From: Phoronis australis
Taxonomy: Eukaryota > Animalia > Phoronida
Direction: 5' to 3'
Assembly (NCBI GenBank): GCA_002633005.1
Contig: NMRA01000062.1
Location: 667,981 to 731,980, forward strand
Length of the DNA stretch: 64,000 nt
A model generated the notes under the pieces. The model saw only the letters and a program-made list of their open reading frames with translations. It made no database searches and was not told the DNA's origin. Shown piece after piece: positions 13,330-28,300 of the stretch (the first letter of the stretch is position 1; each line of letters opens with the position of its first letter). A program made the translations under genes and the position numbers.

Positions 13330-16300
13330 GTATTCATTAAAATTCTAGAATCTATGAGCATGACGAGCTGCTGAAAACTATGCAGGAATGATTGTCGATA
13401 CTTCATAGTCGAATGACCTGTGGCAAGCACAGTGTAGCCTATTACTTAACTTCAGATAAACGAACACCTTCGTCAAAAAGTCCCAGTCATCGATCTTTAA
13501 AGGTTTCCATTCTCTCGCATTTGAAATTTTGGACCAAGAAGATCAGTTGTGTCAATTTCGCTATGTATGAAGCCTCGTCACCCATAGCGCGTATCTGTGT
13601 AGGGCGTATTTGTATTCTAATTTCAGGTCCATCCGAGGACAGCAGGTCCAATAGGTCGAGTAGGGCACCGGTGAATCACTCTCGCTTTAGCAAAAGCGCT
13701 CGCAAATTGGGGAAAGTTCTCGGACAGCTTGTTAAGCACGCGTGCAACGAGTGCTCACCTTCGACAGAACCAGGGAAGTCAAGGTTCTGTCAACTGATTC
13801 AACAACTGTCTAAAACAACAGGCGTAGCGGCGTCCACTTTGCACAGTCTGTGTTGTAAGTCGTATTACACAGCGGGGTCACAGTAAGCGAAAAACGTGCC
13901 AAGAAGTCGCGTTAGTTTCTCTCGTTACATTTTTTTAACTTTGGACGAAAAGTCGAGTTTTCATACATACTAATGGAGTTTTAAGAAGTTCACTCAATGA
14001 AACATCTATGGCCTTTTCGACGAAACGCCATGAGGCGTTATACATGTACAAGTTTCACGCAATGTGCAACTGCGACTCGAAATTGAGGGTTATAGAAATA
14101 GCTCTACTTTGATTGTTCTTGTACCACTAAATACAATGATTGTCAGAGACAAAAGGGCGATGCATCGGCAAGAGTTCTTGCTTCGTTTTTCGTTAATGAG
14201 CAACTCGACCGGTTCTCTAGCCTTGAAATCCACACTACCAATCTTCAAAGAAACCATCCAGATGTAAAGATTTACATCGCTGTCTCCCCTCCGAAATAAA
14301 CTTTAAAATTAAACAATACGGAGAATATGTTTTGTACATGGCAGGTCACTACACAGGAACACCCTTGCATCACCTCAGCATTTCTCAAGATGATGAGAGT
14401 AAGTGTGGCAGTCCTGTGGGTGAACCTTCGACAATCCAAGAAAGGTTAAGAGAATCCCGCTTCTCAGTCGAACAATCGTACGATGATCTTCACCGACGCG
14501 AACATAACCTACAACCGGAAGAAGACTGGAGGAATAGCCCCCTTCTCACTACTAAGGTTATCCTGGAGGCACTTTGTAAACCGGAAATCAAAGGGGCCAT
14601 TGATGAACTTTTAGCTCATCGATGTGCCGATTGCCAAATTCCTGATCACGCAACTGATAGGACATCGCATTGTCAGTTTGTACGCAACTTGTCGGAATGC
14701 AGCGGTGTCCCGATAGCTACACTAAAAGCCATTTCATGTAAGTTAGACAAATCTAAATTTTCTAATATTTTTTAGATTACTAACTTAACGTCGACATTCG
14801 TGAGAAGACGCTAGCGTTTTAGCCAGACACACGAGCTGTCAGCGAAGAGGCAATTTTCAACAACAGCCTGTTTCGTCACCATCCGAATCGCTTTCAAACA
14901 AAAGCTGATGTCAAAACACCTTCACTTTCTGCCATAAATTGATTGATGTGAAGATAGAATAAAGGCCTATTACCTCCTCCGCATGTGTGTCCTTTGAAGT
15001 GGGCGGCCTGGCTACAAAAGTCCGCCAATGGTTTTAGGGGTAACTAAAACCAGGCAAAGCCAGGCCCGCTGTGTGGGGGGGGGGGGTTCGGGNGGGTTCG
15101 GGGGGTTCGATCGATCCCCCGCGGGAAAGGTCCAGCCCCAGCTTATCCGTTAAGTATAGCAACAACAAAATTGTTACCGTATAATAAATAAGTTAATAAT
15201 TTTGAATTTGCTTCACGTAATCATCGGGCCGTATCCTTTCAACTTCGCTCGAGTGGTGTTTGCGTAGATGACAGGATCGTGCAGACGATTAGAGGAGGCT
15301 GTATTGAACGCGCGTGGTGGCAACACCATAGGGTAACAAGGGAGTCTAACAGTAAATGCCTAGGCGTACCTAAGCTATATGGCAGCGAGAGATCTCACAA
15401 AAAGTAGTGCGGTGTTAATGCCTTAAAAACTACCAACAAAAAAACAAAACAAAAGAGCATAGGTTTGTTATCAGCTATTTTTGTATGTTCGCCAGTATAA
15501 CACGATAAAGGCATTTTCAAGTTTCGAATTGAAAATGATCATCAAATATGTTGTTTATCTGGTGTCTTCTTTGACTGTGCATTGACGGATTGGCATGCAT
15601 GCGTGTGCACGTGTGTGCGCTCCCATTCTTTTAAATTCAGTTCACAGTCTTCTGTCGTCGCTCAAAAGCCAGACATTTTACTATCGTGTTTTCTTGCACT
15701 AAGAAAACCTCGACGAGCACGTTCACATTATTAAGGAAAAGCAGGTCTAGACCTAATGAAAATGTTGGTCAATGAAGAAAGCATTTTCTTGCTAATCATT
15801 GTCAATGGTGCACAACCTCAGAGACTTCATACGAGCAACAAATTTGATGGCGAAGATTTCCAATGTTACATGTCACTACTCCGAAGGTTTACTACTCTCG
15901 GTCTGCAGATTCACTATATACTCCGAGTTCGAAGGTTCACTGCATCGAATGTCCACATACTATGAAACCAAAGCTCCGAAGTTCATTACTCTGATTGTCT
16001 GCTAAGGAGTCGGAACTGACATGAATAAAGTGTTGCATTTGTGTCCATTTAGCAACCACTGAATGGGTGTGCAAGAACTGAATAGTTCTTAAAACGTTGA
16101 TTACGTTGTTTACAAATAAGCCCAGTTCCAATCACTGCCAATCTTATATCTCACTAACGACTCATTCTAAAGCAGGGACAACATCTGGACGACCCACTGC
16201 GGTTTTGAATGTAAGAGGACTGAATGGGACTCCTTGACTTCGTGAAAACTGGCAGGGACACGGTAGCCTCCTAACTACATAATATGTAGTTTCGGCACAG

Positions 16301-19300
16301 TCGTGTGCGTGGTTCCGGTGGGTGGGGTTGAGGCGCAGCGACCGCGCTGTGAAATGATGTGATCTTGACATGGATTTGATGAATGTATCGTGCTTGATAA
16401 TTCATCAATATTCCTACTTCATATTCTTTGAAAAATGCAAGAATGTACTCATTTTCCGTATTCGTAAGACATGCAGGCAATTTCACATTAGCACGAAATC
16501 CAGGCAACGTGTTTTAGTACCAGGTGGTTATTTTCGGTATAGGTACACCACTCAGTGCCCATCTACTAACCGATGCATCGTTTATTTTTGCATGTAAAAG
16601 AATAAAAATACACCTGAGTCTGGGGCGGATCCAGGATTTTGAGTTAGGGGGGCCAGGGAAGAGTATTAGTCATGATTTGCCCGTCAGACATTCGCACCCT
16701 GGAACTGCCAAATGGAATCTGGAAACATTTTAGGGGGGGAGCATGCTCTTCTTGCCCCCCACCCCTAAATCCGTCACTTTGAGTCTGAAACTTTATAGAT
16801 TTTCATAGTGGTTAACTTTCGGGGTAGTGAATCTTCGTAGTAATGAACCGTCGGAACGGTGAGCCTTAGGAGTAGTACAACTTCGTAATAGTGGGCTGTT
16901 CCCATTTCCAGGGATGTAAGCAACTTAAGCAACACGCAAAACAATAACTAGATAAAAAATTTCAAGACATTCTGTGACTATATATTTCCGTCCAGTTACG
17001 TAATGAGGTGTAACCACTCATTTACGTACGGATGATTTGTGTCATCTTTGTGTATACCGAATTCCCTTCCCGCTAATTAAGCCGCGCCCATTGCCTTACC
17101 AAAACCCTACAGTGTCGACGTTTGCAAAATATCAAAGGTCCACCGTTCTAGAAATTCGAACCACCCCCCAAGCAATGTTGGCTACGGGCCTGAATGCGTG
17201 AAAGGGCCACGTTGAACCGTGGAGTTCTGATCGGAAAGAAGCTTAACGTACACTTCTAAATTGCAAGAGGTGGACCTCAAATGTACTGGATATCTTGGGT
17301 GTTGTTATGGTTCAACCTACAATCAGAATTGTCTCAATTCCGTGCACTTTTGGTGCTATACACAGGGTGGTTGAGAAGTAGCACTACCATTGATGAGAGA
17401 GTTGTATCCACACGAATTACGGTACTTAACCATGTTTTGTTTCATTTCAACTCAGCTCATTCCTACTGATTTTCATTGGATTTTTTGAACCAGCGATCAC
17501 CTGCGACAATTTGGCGAAAAACGTTTGCGTGAAAATCCTACATGGGTACACACAATTCCACCGTAAATGCACGATAGCAAGACCTGCTTCTTCGCAAACG
17601 ACAGTAGCTATTCTCATATGGAGCGTTCGCTTATTATGCTTTCCAGTATATTCTCTGTACTTCAGTTCCATATTAAGATCGTGCTTGTTAAAGAATTAAA
17701 CAGGTCGGAAGAAAGTGTTAGCAAGAGCGGAACTATCGTGCACGAAATGGAAATTAAGCTCGTAAGAAAAGCAGTGTATTCATGACACACATTGAGGACG
17801 CCCCTAGAATTGTGCACGGCGTAAGGGGTTTTACATGAGGTGAACTTGACAAAAGTAAATCTTAAGAGATGTTTACGTGAAACCTTTTCGCACGNCTTAC
17901 CAAAACTCTACAGTGTCGACGTTTGCAAAGTATCAAAGGTCCACCGTTCTAGAAATTCGAACCACCCCCCAAGCAATGTTGGCTACGGGCCTGAATGCGT
18001 GAAAGGGCCACGTTGAACCGTGGAGTTCTGATCGGAAAGAAGCTTAACGTACACTTCTAAATTGCAAGAGGTGGAGCTCAAATGTACTGGATATCTTGGG
18101 TGTTGTTATGGTTTAACCTACAATCAGAATTGTCTCAATTCCGTGCACTTTTGGTGCTATACACAGGGTGGTTGAGAAGTAGCACTACCATTGATGAGAG
18201 AGTTGTATCCACACGAATTACGGTACTTAGCCATGTTTTGTTTCATTTCAACTCAGCTCATTCCTACTGATTTTCATTGGATTTTTTGAACCAGCGATCA
18301 CCTGCGACAATTTGGCGAAAAACGTTTGCGTGAAAATCCTACATGGGTACACACAATTCCACCGTAAATGCACGATAGCAAGACCTGCTTCTTCGCAAAC
18401 GACAGTAGCTATTCTCATATGGAGCGTTCGCTTATTATGCTTTCCAGTATATTCTCTGTACTTCAGTTCCATATTAAGATCGTGCTTGTTAAAGAATTAA
18501 ACAGGTCGGAAGAAAGTGTTAGCAAGAGCGGAACTATCGTGCACGAAATGGAAATTAAGCTCGTAAGAAAAGCAGTGTATTCATGACACACATTGAGGAC
18601 GCCCCTAGAATTGTGCACGGCGTAAGGGGTTTTACATGAGGTGAACTTGACAAAAGTAAATCTTAAGAGATGTTTACGTGAAACCTTTTCGCACGACTGT
18701 AATAGCTGTAACCGACCTGTACGCAGGCCATACACATTAGCGACAGACCTAGGATGTTGCTGGTAAGTTGTGAGTCGAAAAATCCAAAAGACAAGCAGAT
18801 GAGTCCATAAGCATTACATGCGGCGCCATTTTTTCTTTTTGTTTTCCTGTGCCTGGTGGTAGTGACTCAGTTGCCCTCTTAAAACCATTTGTGTTACGTA
18901 CGGTTAAAGTTCCCAATACATACAACTATGACTTTTATTTCCAGCACGTCTTGAACAAACCGGTTTGCAAACGGAAGAATCACAACGCCAATTAGAACAC
19001 TATCAGGAACGCCACGAAAAAAAGACACGCGAACTTGTAAACTGCAGTAGAGACGCAAGTCAAGCAGTTTTCGCTTTGATATGTGAATCTAAAGTTGTTG
19101 CAGACGAGCTCAAGGAGAAGGTCAAAACTGCCGGAGAAAAACTTGACGCGTTCACTGAATCATCTTGCAGGTGGTCTGACCGACTTTTAGAGCGAATAAA
19201 TTTTCTCACTTTGGATACCGACGAAGGTTATGGCACTATCTTAAACAATATGAGCGATTTTGCAGCAAGAGTAACAGTGCTTCGAGAGGAAGTCGACAGT

Positions 19301-22300
19301 CTGACTTTGATTGCTTGTACAAGATCAAAAGAGCTTTATGGATACAAATGTAATGCAGAGGAAAGATCTGCACAACTGTCGCTGAACGCAAGAGCCAAAC
19401 TAAGGCACCTATCTACGCGGGCAGGTTTTATAGGGGGTAGAATCGAGCAACTTCACGTACGAGGCATCTCTGCAGGCACCGTTATGGAAGATCAGCTGGA
19501 AAAGATAGCAGCTGGTATAGATAAGATCAATGGTGAGGTGGAGGAAATCAGAAATTTCATCAATACAACAAAAGAGGCCATTGTAGAAGAATTGGATAAC
19601 GTCGCACAGTTCGGCGAGTCATTTAAACGAGAAGTGGACAAACGGTTTGCGAAGATTACCAATGATCTGAGTGAACTTGAAAATGAATTTAAACGCACCT
19701 TGATACGAGTTGACACTGTCCGACAGTTTGAAGTGGAAACACTGCCAAAAATATTCGCAACAATTAAAAGGGAATTGTCTAATAAACTAGTTGAGGTTAC
19801 TGCAGAAACTGAAGTGGCATCAGCCCAGTTAAAGACAATGATTCGAGAGTTGGAAGAGCGCATGCTGGTCATTAACACATACAGTAACAAAGTCATTCCT
19901 CAATCAAAATCCGCCGCCGAGAAACTGGTGAAAAAAGTTGCGCAGATGCGACGCGACATTGAATCAATCTTGAATGAACCCACAACGGATGCAACTGAAT
20001 TAGTGAAAAAATCACACGAAATTGAAGAGTCAATTGTGGGGGTATACGAAGAATGTAAACCAAACGCTGAACAACTTGTTAAAAAACTCGATGCCAAGAA
20101 GATATGTGTCGATGAATTGGCTCTTCTTTGCGGTGAACAACTCCGTCTTTTCATGGACCGCCTACGGCCTTTCAGACAGAGGATAGAGACACTGAAGTTT
20201 GAAGACACCGTGTCTGATATGGTAAGAAACGTTGATAAATCTAAGGAGATATTTGAAAATCTGGAGGAATTAGAAGGGGAGTTAAAGACTTTCTTCGACA
20301 GCATGTCAGAGAAAATTGCCACATTTCGGTCAGACCTGGAGAAGATATTCGAAGACACCGATTTCATCGTTGATTACATTGCAGAGAATAATAACACTGC
20401 AAGGACTGCTCTGAGTGGCCTGCTCGAGCGCTACCTTGCGGAAGTACGGAAGAGTGCCAATTCTGATGTCGCAACAGCTGAGAAAATTTATAAAATTTTA
20501 ATGACCGACTTTGATAGAAAGCTTACATCCATTGGCGTTGACATTCACGAGCTTTGTTTAAGCTCTGGTCCGAAGGTGGCAAACTTACAAAAAAAATCAA
20601 GTGACTGTCTTTCCAAATTAGAAAAATCAACCAACAGAATCAAAAATCGATATAAAGTTCTAGCCGCCCGGTGCAGAGACCTTTTACTAAGGACGAATCA
20701 ATCTAAAGGCATTAGCGACGAAAATAAAAAAAATCAAGGACAACTTGTTGTCATAGACAGTGACTTGCGTGGTCTATTTGACGAATTTCGTGGAAAGTCC
20801 GACACACTGATTCAGCAAGCTTGTCTTTCAAAACCAGAAATCACAGATTTTTGTCGGCAGTTCAATTCTCAAGCCGAAAAAGCTACCTCAAAATTGGAGA
20901 AAGCAAAGGAAAAAGTCGTGGGTAAGTGGTCAGCAAGTGAAGATTATGAAGGTATTGCCAATGCAATACAGTGTGAATGCGAGTCGGTTGGCGTGCTTTA
21001 TAGGGGCATTTTGAAATATTTTCTTGACGGTGAAGCCAATCTTAGCTTCCATATAGACTCTATTGGTAAAGATTTCGCCGAAGTTACCGAGTCAATGGAA
21101 AGCAAACTTGAAATAATCAGCCAGGACCTTGATAACTACAGAATGGCATGTGATGCCTTGGAAGAGAACAATAAGGAGAAAATATTTTGTGAGCAACATG
21201 AAGAATCAAATGTTATAAGAACGCCTGCGTTTACAGATGATAAAACAGAGAAGAGTGACGATGAACAAACTTTACCCGAAACATTTACTGATGTCATGGC
21301 GAAAGAGAAAGAACCACTCAAAGATGGATTCCCATCAGCAGATGTGTCCCAAGGAGACGTACAGGAACTGTTCAAGGCTGATAAGGAGATAGTAGGAGTG
21401 GGGGAGGAAGAACACGAAAGAAACAAAAAAGAAAACAAAGAACAGTTTCAAGAGCACATTCAAGAAGGCAGTGTAGAAGAAGTACAGTTCAAAGACAAAA
21501 TGAAAATACTTGAGCTCGACAACGAAGACGTGATCAAAGAAGAAATTAAAACAGATGACGCTGAGGAGAGAGAAGAAATTAGAGAAGAACTGGAACTAGC
21601 TAGTTCGGATATAAAGGGCCTGATTCACCAGGGAATGGAAAATGGCGTAATCGCACAAGAGGACCGTACTAAAAGAAAGGAAGAACTCGAAGCACAAAAC
21701 GAACAAGAAACCACTAAAAGAAGAAGCTTATCTCCAAGACGGCAGCAAAGACAGAAACTTTCTGAGTCACACAAAACGGCACAAGCGACGATTAAGGCTG
21801 CTAAACGGGAAACCGAAGGAAAACTAAGATATCTTTCAGACAATGCTCATAAGGCAAAACATGAAATAGAAAACATAATCAAACATGCAAAAACACAGGT
21901 GCGCAACCTTGAGTCCCAAGCGAAGCGTGCACATAAACTGTCAGAAAGAACCACTTTTCCAACCGATGCCATATCTGCTCGTGACGTAAATAAAGAACTC
22001 GACAATTTGGGCAAATCTATCGAACAAATGTCATCGGATGGTAAGGCATTTGGAGAGAGAATGATAAAAAAGGCAAAACTAATTAGTACCAAAGCATGTA
22101 ATATGCTGGAGTCGCTCGAAGAAAACAATGATGAAATTGAGGATAGGTTAGACTCATTGATGGAGAGCAGAACGACCTCGATAGACTCAGGTATATCTCT
22201 TGAAGATATGGATCCAGCCCAGCGAACAATAGACAAACTAGTTAGCCAAGCACAAAAGTATTGTATTGATACGTCTGAACAGTGCAGTTTTCTCACTGAG

Positions 22301-25300
22301 GAATTGGACAACCTGGCGTTCCAGATAACGGAGCATTCGGCAGATGCTGAAAACACGCTAAAAGACATCACTGATTCTTTGGAAAAGATCGTGCAATATT
22401 GCAAAGAGGTAGATGGTAGAAAAGAAAGTAGGAAATTCGATAGCCGCGATGCCACAAAAGCATACACGCCAATCGAGGAAAAAGCAAAAACTAAACGGAG
22501 TTCTACGGAGTTAGAGGCAATTGTTAAGCAGTGTAGAGAGGTAGCAGAATCGACTTTGAAACGAGCCACGGAGGTCACGGAAGCGCTAAAACAGAAAGTT
22601 GGTGGGATAAACGACAGTTTGATAAACTGTTCAGAGCATTCGAGAGTGAAGAGAGAAAAACTTGAGGACAAGGCCGAACAATTGGCAGAAGAGATATGCG
22701 ACACTCCTGAATACACGCAATTACTTAAAGATCAGGGTTTGAAACACCCTGATACACTTTTTGAAGAGATCAAGTTTCAATGCCTTGAGGAGAAGAGGAA
22801 AATGAAGCAGCTCAATGGAAAACTGACTGACACCGATTCGAGCATTTCTAAGGTGTCAACCGATCTGAAAGCCCGTGCCAGAACACTTGTCAAAGAAGCT
22901 AAACAATTAATGCATAACGCCAGGAGGGCTTCAGTGGACTCTACGGCAGGTAAGGCTGATGGGTGTAGGCACAAATCCGACGAAATCATGGAAAAATGCC
23001 AAGTCCTCATGAAAGACCTTAACGCTCAATCTGAAGACATGACTAAAAAATTAGAAGAAATACTCACTGACTCCAACCTATGCAGCAGAAGGTTTTACGA
23101 AGAAGCAGATAAAGTCAATGCAGAATTAGACAAGATGATCATTTCTTTTGAAAAACACAGGGATGTTACAAAAGGATATGAGAGCACGGACCAGCCAGTG
23201 CAAAAGCGCTTATTCAATTCGCAACAGATGCTAGAAGCCCTAAAAAAACAAACAATGGACGTAGAAAGACAATCTATCAATGAAGACATAAACTCAAAGA
23301 AATTAGCAAAAACACTTGCTGAAGAATCAAACAAAATTTTGAACAATCTTGATGCGAAAAACGACAAAATTAATGCAGATCTGGAGAACCTTAATCACGA
23401 AACAAAGGCTCTAAATGAACAATTACAGCAAAAAGCTAAAAAGTTAATAGACGATTTAGAAAAGGCACCACAAAATCTTCTTGATAGCAGGGATGCCGAA
23501 AGATCCAAACGCCTTTCGTGTATGGTTGATGACGTAATAAAAAATGGAAATTCTAATATTAAAAAATTAATGGAAAAAGCAGATGGCGTATCATGTTCCA
23601 TCGTCAAAAAATCCGAAGACATAAAGGGACGGACTGACAAATTACAAACGAAAATTCTAAATGATAGGATTTCGTTTGCCTCCCAAGACGTTTCTGACGA
23701 GGACAAGGTGTCTACAAAAACTCAACTCCAAGACGTAATTGACGAGTGCAAGGGCATCATGGAGGCTTTTGGAGATGAAGCAAACGAAGTGTGCTTCAAC
23801 ATTGGTAAAGTAAAAATGGACTCTGCCGAAATTGCCAGGGAAGCAGAATGTCAGACTGACGCCGTTCAAAGTGAGCTGCAAGACCTCACTTACATGTACG
23901 CATCAATGGTTCAAGGCTGTAAACGGGACAGACACAGAGGTACGCTAGAACTCTTCGACCACCTGAAAGATTCCGAAAGAGACATAGACGCATTTTTGAC
24001 GTATTTCGAAAGACTTGCTGAAACAATGGAAGAAGAATCACAAGTCATTACAAATAATCTAAGTAGAAAACTGATGCTTGCAACACAGAATATATTCGAC
24101 ATGGGCGACCAATTAAAAAGATGGACAAACGAATTGAAAAGCCAAGCAGCTATAATACGCGTGACCATGCTCAAAACTGAAAAACCTCAAGAGAGTAAGC
24201 ATCTAAGCAATTTGGAAGTTTCTGCTGACAAAATTGAAACTTTAGGGTGCAACATAAATAAGAGCATCACAAAAATAAAAGACAATGCAGACTGCATGGA
24301 AGACAAAATCCACGTATTGTCTCAGGAGTATGACGAACATGTAAAAAATATACTCGCTGAAATTGATCACCTCAAGTCATGTAAAGTAAGTTTGGCAGGC
24401 ATCACATCAGTGGAGAATCACCAACAGATTTTTAAGGACTTAGAAGAAAGAATGGAATCTACGCAGTCACACGTGAACATTTTAAGCGAGAAAGTTGACA
24501 GTTTTCACGTGGAGCTTTACGAAATAGAGATGGAATTAGGGGTTCTTTGCCAGCAAGTCGATGAATCAGTGACCAGTCTCAAGAAAGATTTGCAAGATGT
24601 ATTACGTAAATATCATTCGTCCTGCATTCCTAAGACGAAAAATCGCCGCAGAAGTTGTCTAGACAAAATTAAACAATTACAATGCACTAGCAAAGGGAAT
24701 AGGTCAATCATCAAAGATTCACGTGAGCTTTTGACCTCGTTGGAAGAAGAGGCTGATGTGGCAGTCAATGATTTAATTGACGAAAAGAATACTGCACTAG
24801 AAAGAATTGCTAACCTCTCATCGCAATCAGAGGACATAGCATCACACCTGGATAAAAAGACAAAAAAATTAGAGTCTGATATTGAGGATGCCAGTTACGG
24901 GTCAGTGAAAGAGCAACACTTGAAAAGCACTCACATGTTGTCCAAGAAGGCTGAAGGTATTAAACGAGACGTAAATCTAGGACTCGAAAAACTTAATTCT
25001 CGCAAAAGTCATATGGACGACATTGTTAACAACATTGCATCTGGCTACAAAAAGAAGGCAAAGCAGCTCATGAAAAAAGCACAGGTTGCTGCCGAAAATA
25101 TTTGCAGGGCATCACTAGACCCAAATACCACCCAAGAAGAGCAAGACCAACTTCAAAAAGACTTCGATGGACTAGTAGATAATTCCAAGTCACTTTTATC
25201 TGAAATTGTTGAAAAAACCGATGAGCTGGAATACAACATTTTTGAGTTGGAAGTCGATGCCGGCGCATTATCAAAAAACGCGCAAGACAGCTCAAATGCT

Positions 25301-28300
25301 CTTGAAAAGGATCTTGATGCCATAATGCACGATCATTATTCTGCTGTTATGCCAAAGCCAGAAAAACGGTTCACAAAAACTATAGACTTAATTCAAAATC
25401 TAAAGCGTGACAGCAGACTCGAAAATCCTGCTGCTATAGTGAGGAATTCTGCTTTACTCATGGAATCTTTCAAGGGCGAATCAGAAAGCATGGTTGATGA
25501 GCTTAAGGACAAAAATCAGGACTTTGGAAATTATCTCGGAAACCACTCAGAAAAATCTGACTTATTAGCAAGAGATATTAACAGAATGGCACAAAAAATA
25601 CAAACGACACTTGAAAGTAGTGAAAAAGAAAAACCAAACCCAGACAGCCTTGCAAAGACCAATACTGTCAAACAGAGCATGATGAAGATGGAAAACAAAA
25701 CCAAACAAAATTTAAAAAGGTTACAGCAAGATATGAGAAACGTTAATGCAAACATCGACCAATTATCCGATTCATACCCACACCAAGCAGAGAGAATAAT
25801 TCGTGAAGCAATTGACATCGCAAACAATATACAAAATAAGTCCATAAATGAAAAAGACGAATCCTATCGTCACTTTGAGGGGAAAATCGATGAGGCTTTG
25901 GCTATTGCTAATAAAGCTTGTGATGAAGCAAAAGACGTCCATTTCAGCATCTACAACTTGGGAATGGAAGAAACGTTACTATCAAACAGTCTTGACGAAA
26001 TGGCCCTCAAAACAAAGAATAATTTAGGTGAACTTGTACGAGGCGATGGATCACTTGGTAAGGAAGACCTGCAGAGTAGCGCCGCAGATATTATAGAGTC
26101 GATAAAAGCTTTGAAAGACAAACCAGTCTATGACAAGGAAGAACTCATTGATAAGCCCAGACGACTTGTTAGTGTTTTGCATTCAGGTCGAGACATGATC
26201 AAGGAACTCGTTAAAAGAGGGCAGAGTGTTCAAAAAAGAGCTCATAGTAAGGGCGATGAGATGGATCACCTCGTTGAGAATCTTAACACCAGATTGTCAG
26301 CCTGTGAGAAAATTTTGAAGGACGCTCCACAGGTGTCTCCGATAAAAGATAAATGGGGACGGATGAAAGACTTGCGGGCGCAGTTGGAGAATTTAAACGA
26401 AAAAGTTAGCACTGCCAGAAACCAAGTGGAGTTAGGTATTAAGGAGATTAACCAAGACCTTCTTAACATTTCTCAGGATTACGACGATAATGTCGAGGAA
26501 ATAGCCCACGCAGTTGATACTGTAGCAGGGGTTATCAGCGAAACGTCTTTTAACCAAAGTGACGATACAAAAACAGTACATGCCATGCTTGACAATATTG
26601 TTAAGAAATCAACTCGTCTAAAGGAGAATTTCGGCGAGAAATTAAACGTGGCCTATTTTGAGGTTTTTAAAACTGAAACGGATTTGGAAAACTTAGAAGG
26701 CAATGAACCCGAAGTTGGTGTTATTGGTGACGAACTAAACAACATAATGCTAGAGTACCGCAAGTTTATTGACGGCGAGAAATTAGGGAGCCGTAAAAAC
26801 ACTATAGATGAGTTAAATCAACTGAAAAACATTGAAAAAGACAACATATCATTGGTAAAGGATTCTGCTCTACTAGCAATGTCAGTAGAGATGCACTACA
26901 CCAACACAATTGATGAGCTTGCGGGCTCGCATGAAAATACTCAAGCCAGAATTGGGGCAGTAACACAAGAAGCGAAGGCAATTGTGAAAGAACTGTCGTT
27001 ACAAGCAAAGAACGTTGGAGACAGACTCGACAACAGGTCGGCAAGTCGTCAGGTAGAAAGGAGAAAAACCATTACGAAAAAGATTGATGAATTGAGTAGG
27101 CTTTCCAAAGTTGCAACTGAAAATTTAACCAGAGATTCCATCATAGCTAAGAACAAGATAGAAAAATTGTCATCAACTGAACAGGGGCCAAGTCAGAAAA
27201 TGATGGTTTTGTCATCAAAGGCTAAGGAGCTTTTTGCGGAGCCGATACCTCTGTACCACGATCTCGATAACCTACGACAAAATTTCGATGAGATCGTAAA
27301 TGACTCCATTCAACTTGTGAAAGAATTTGATACAACAAATGACGATGCCAGTTCTCAGGTTCTAAAGATGGACATTGAATTAGACGTCCTGCAAACTGTC
27401 TTGGGTCAAAAATCAAAGGAGATTCGTGAAGACTTGGATAAAATACCAGAAGAAAAACCAACAGCAAAGACGAAAGAAATTCAAGAGGACGTTGAAGAGT
27501 TTGAAAAACATCATCTACAAAAAATGTCTGAGCGAGAAGCGGCAGCAAAATATGTCCTGGATGCGGTAGATTTAAAACGTAAAGAGATTTTAAAAGAATT
27601 GAAAGAAACAAAAGAAAAACTTGACAACGATTTCACGAAAACAATGCAAATAGCAAAAGCAATTGTTTGCAACCTTAGTGAAAACTACAGCACTGCACAG
27701 GAAAGGATTGATAAAAACTTTGTGAAAGCCAATCACAAAAATTTTGAAGACGTGCATCGTAAAATAGAGGACATGACATCTTCCTTCGACAATGATGCAA
27801 GTGCCTTACAAAAAAGCAAATGTCTCATAGTTGAAAAGATAGAGCACGTAAATTCTGATTTTGACGGCCGTATCGGTCGTCTTTGTTGCAATCTGACGAA
27901 GATGAACGAGATGCACGAAAGCGGAAAAAGACAGCAAACAACAGGTTCAGAGCGAGAATATATATGTGGCGAGTATGATAAAGTTATAAATGACGCAAAA
28001 GTACTACTTCGCGAACTTTCCGAAAATGCAAATGCAATTACGCAAAACGCCAATACCTTCTATAGTGACGTGAACAACTTGACGCATGAAGTGTCGCAAG
28101 AGGCAAAAGAGTTGACAGAGGAGTTGGAGAAACTAACCTTAGAACAAGATCAACTGGAAAAAGATTACCAGTTGAATGAAAAGACGAACGAATCCAGAAA
28201 GATTAGACAACGTTTCAGAGAGGCGGTGCAACGAGTTATTAGGAAGACTGCCGACCAATCTCGAACAGAAAACGTAGAAAAAGAGGTCCTCTTAGATAAA

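Noticed and set aside
11036-18586. Pairs of identical short ORFs suggesting duplicated small genes
   Set aside because: They come from the artefactual duplications, mostly start at non-ATG codons and show no protein similarity.
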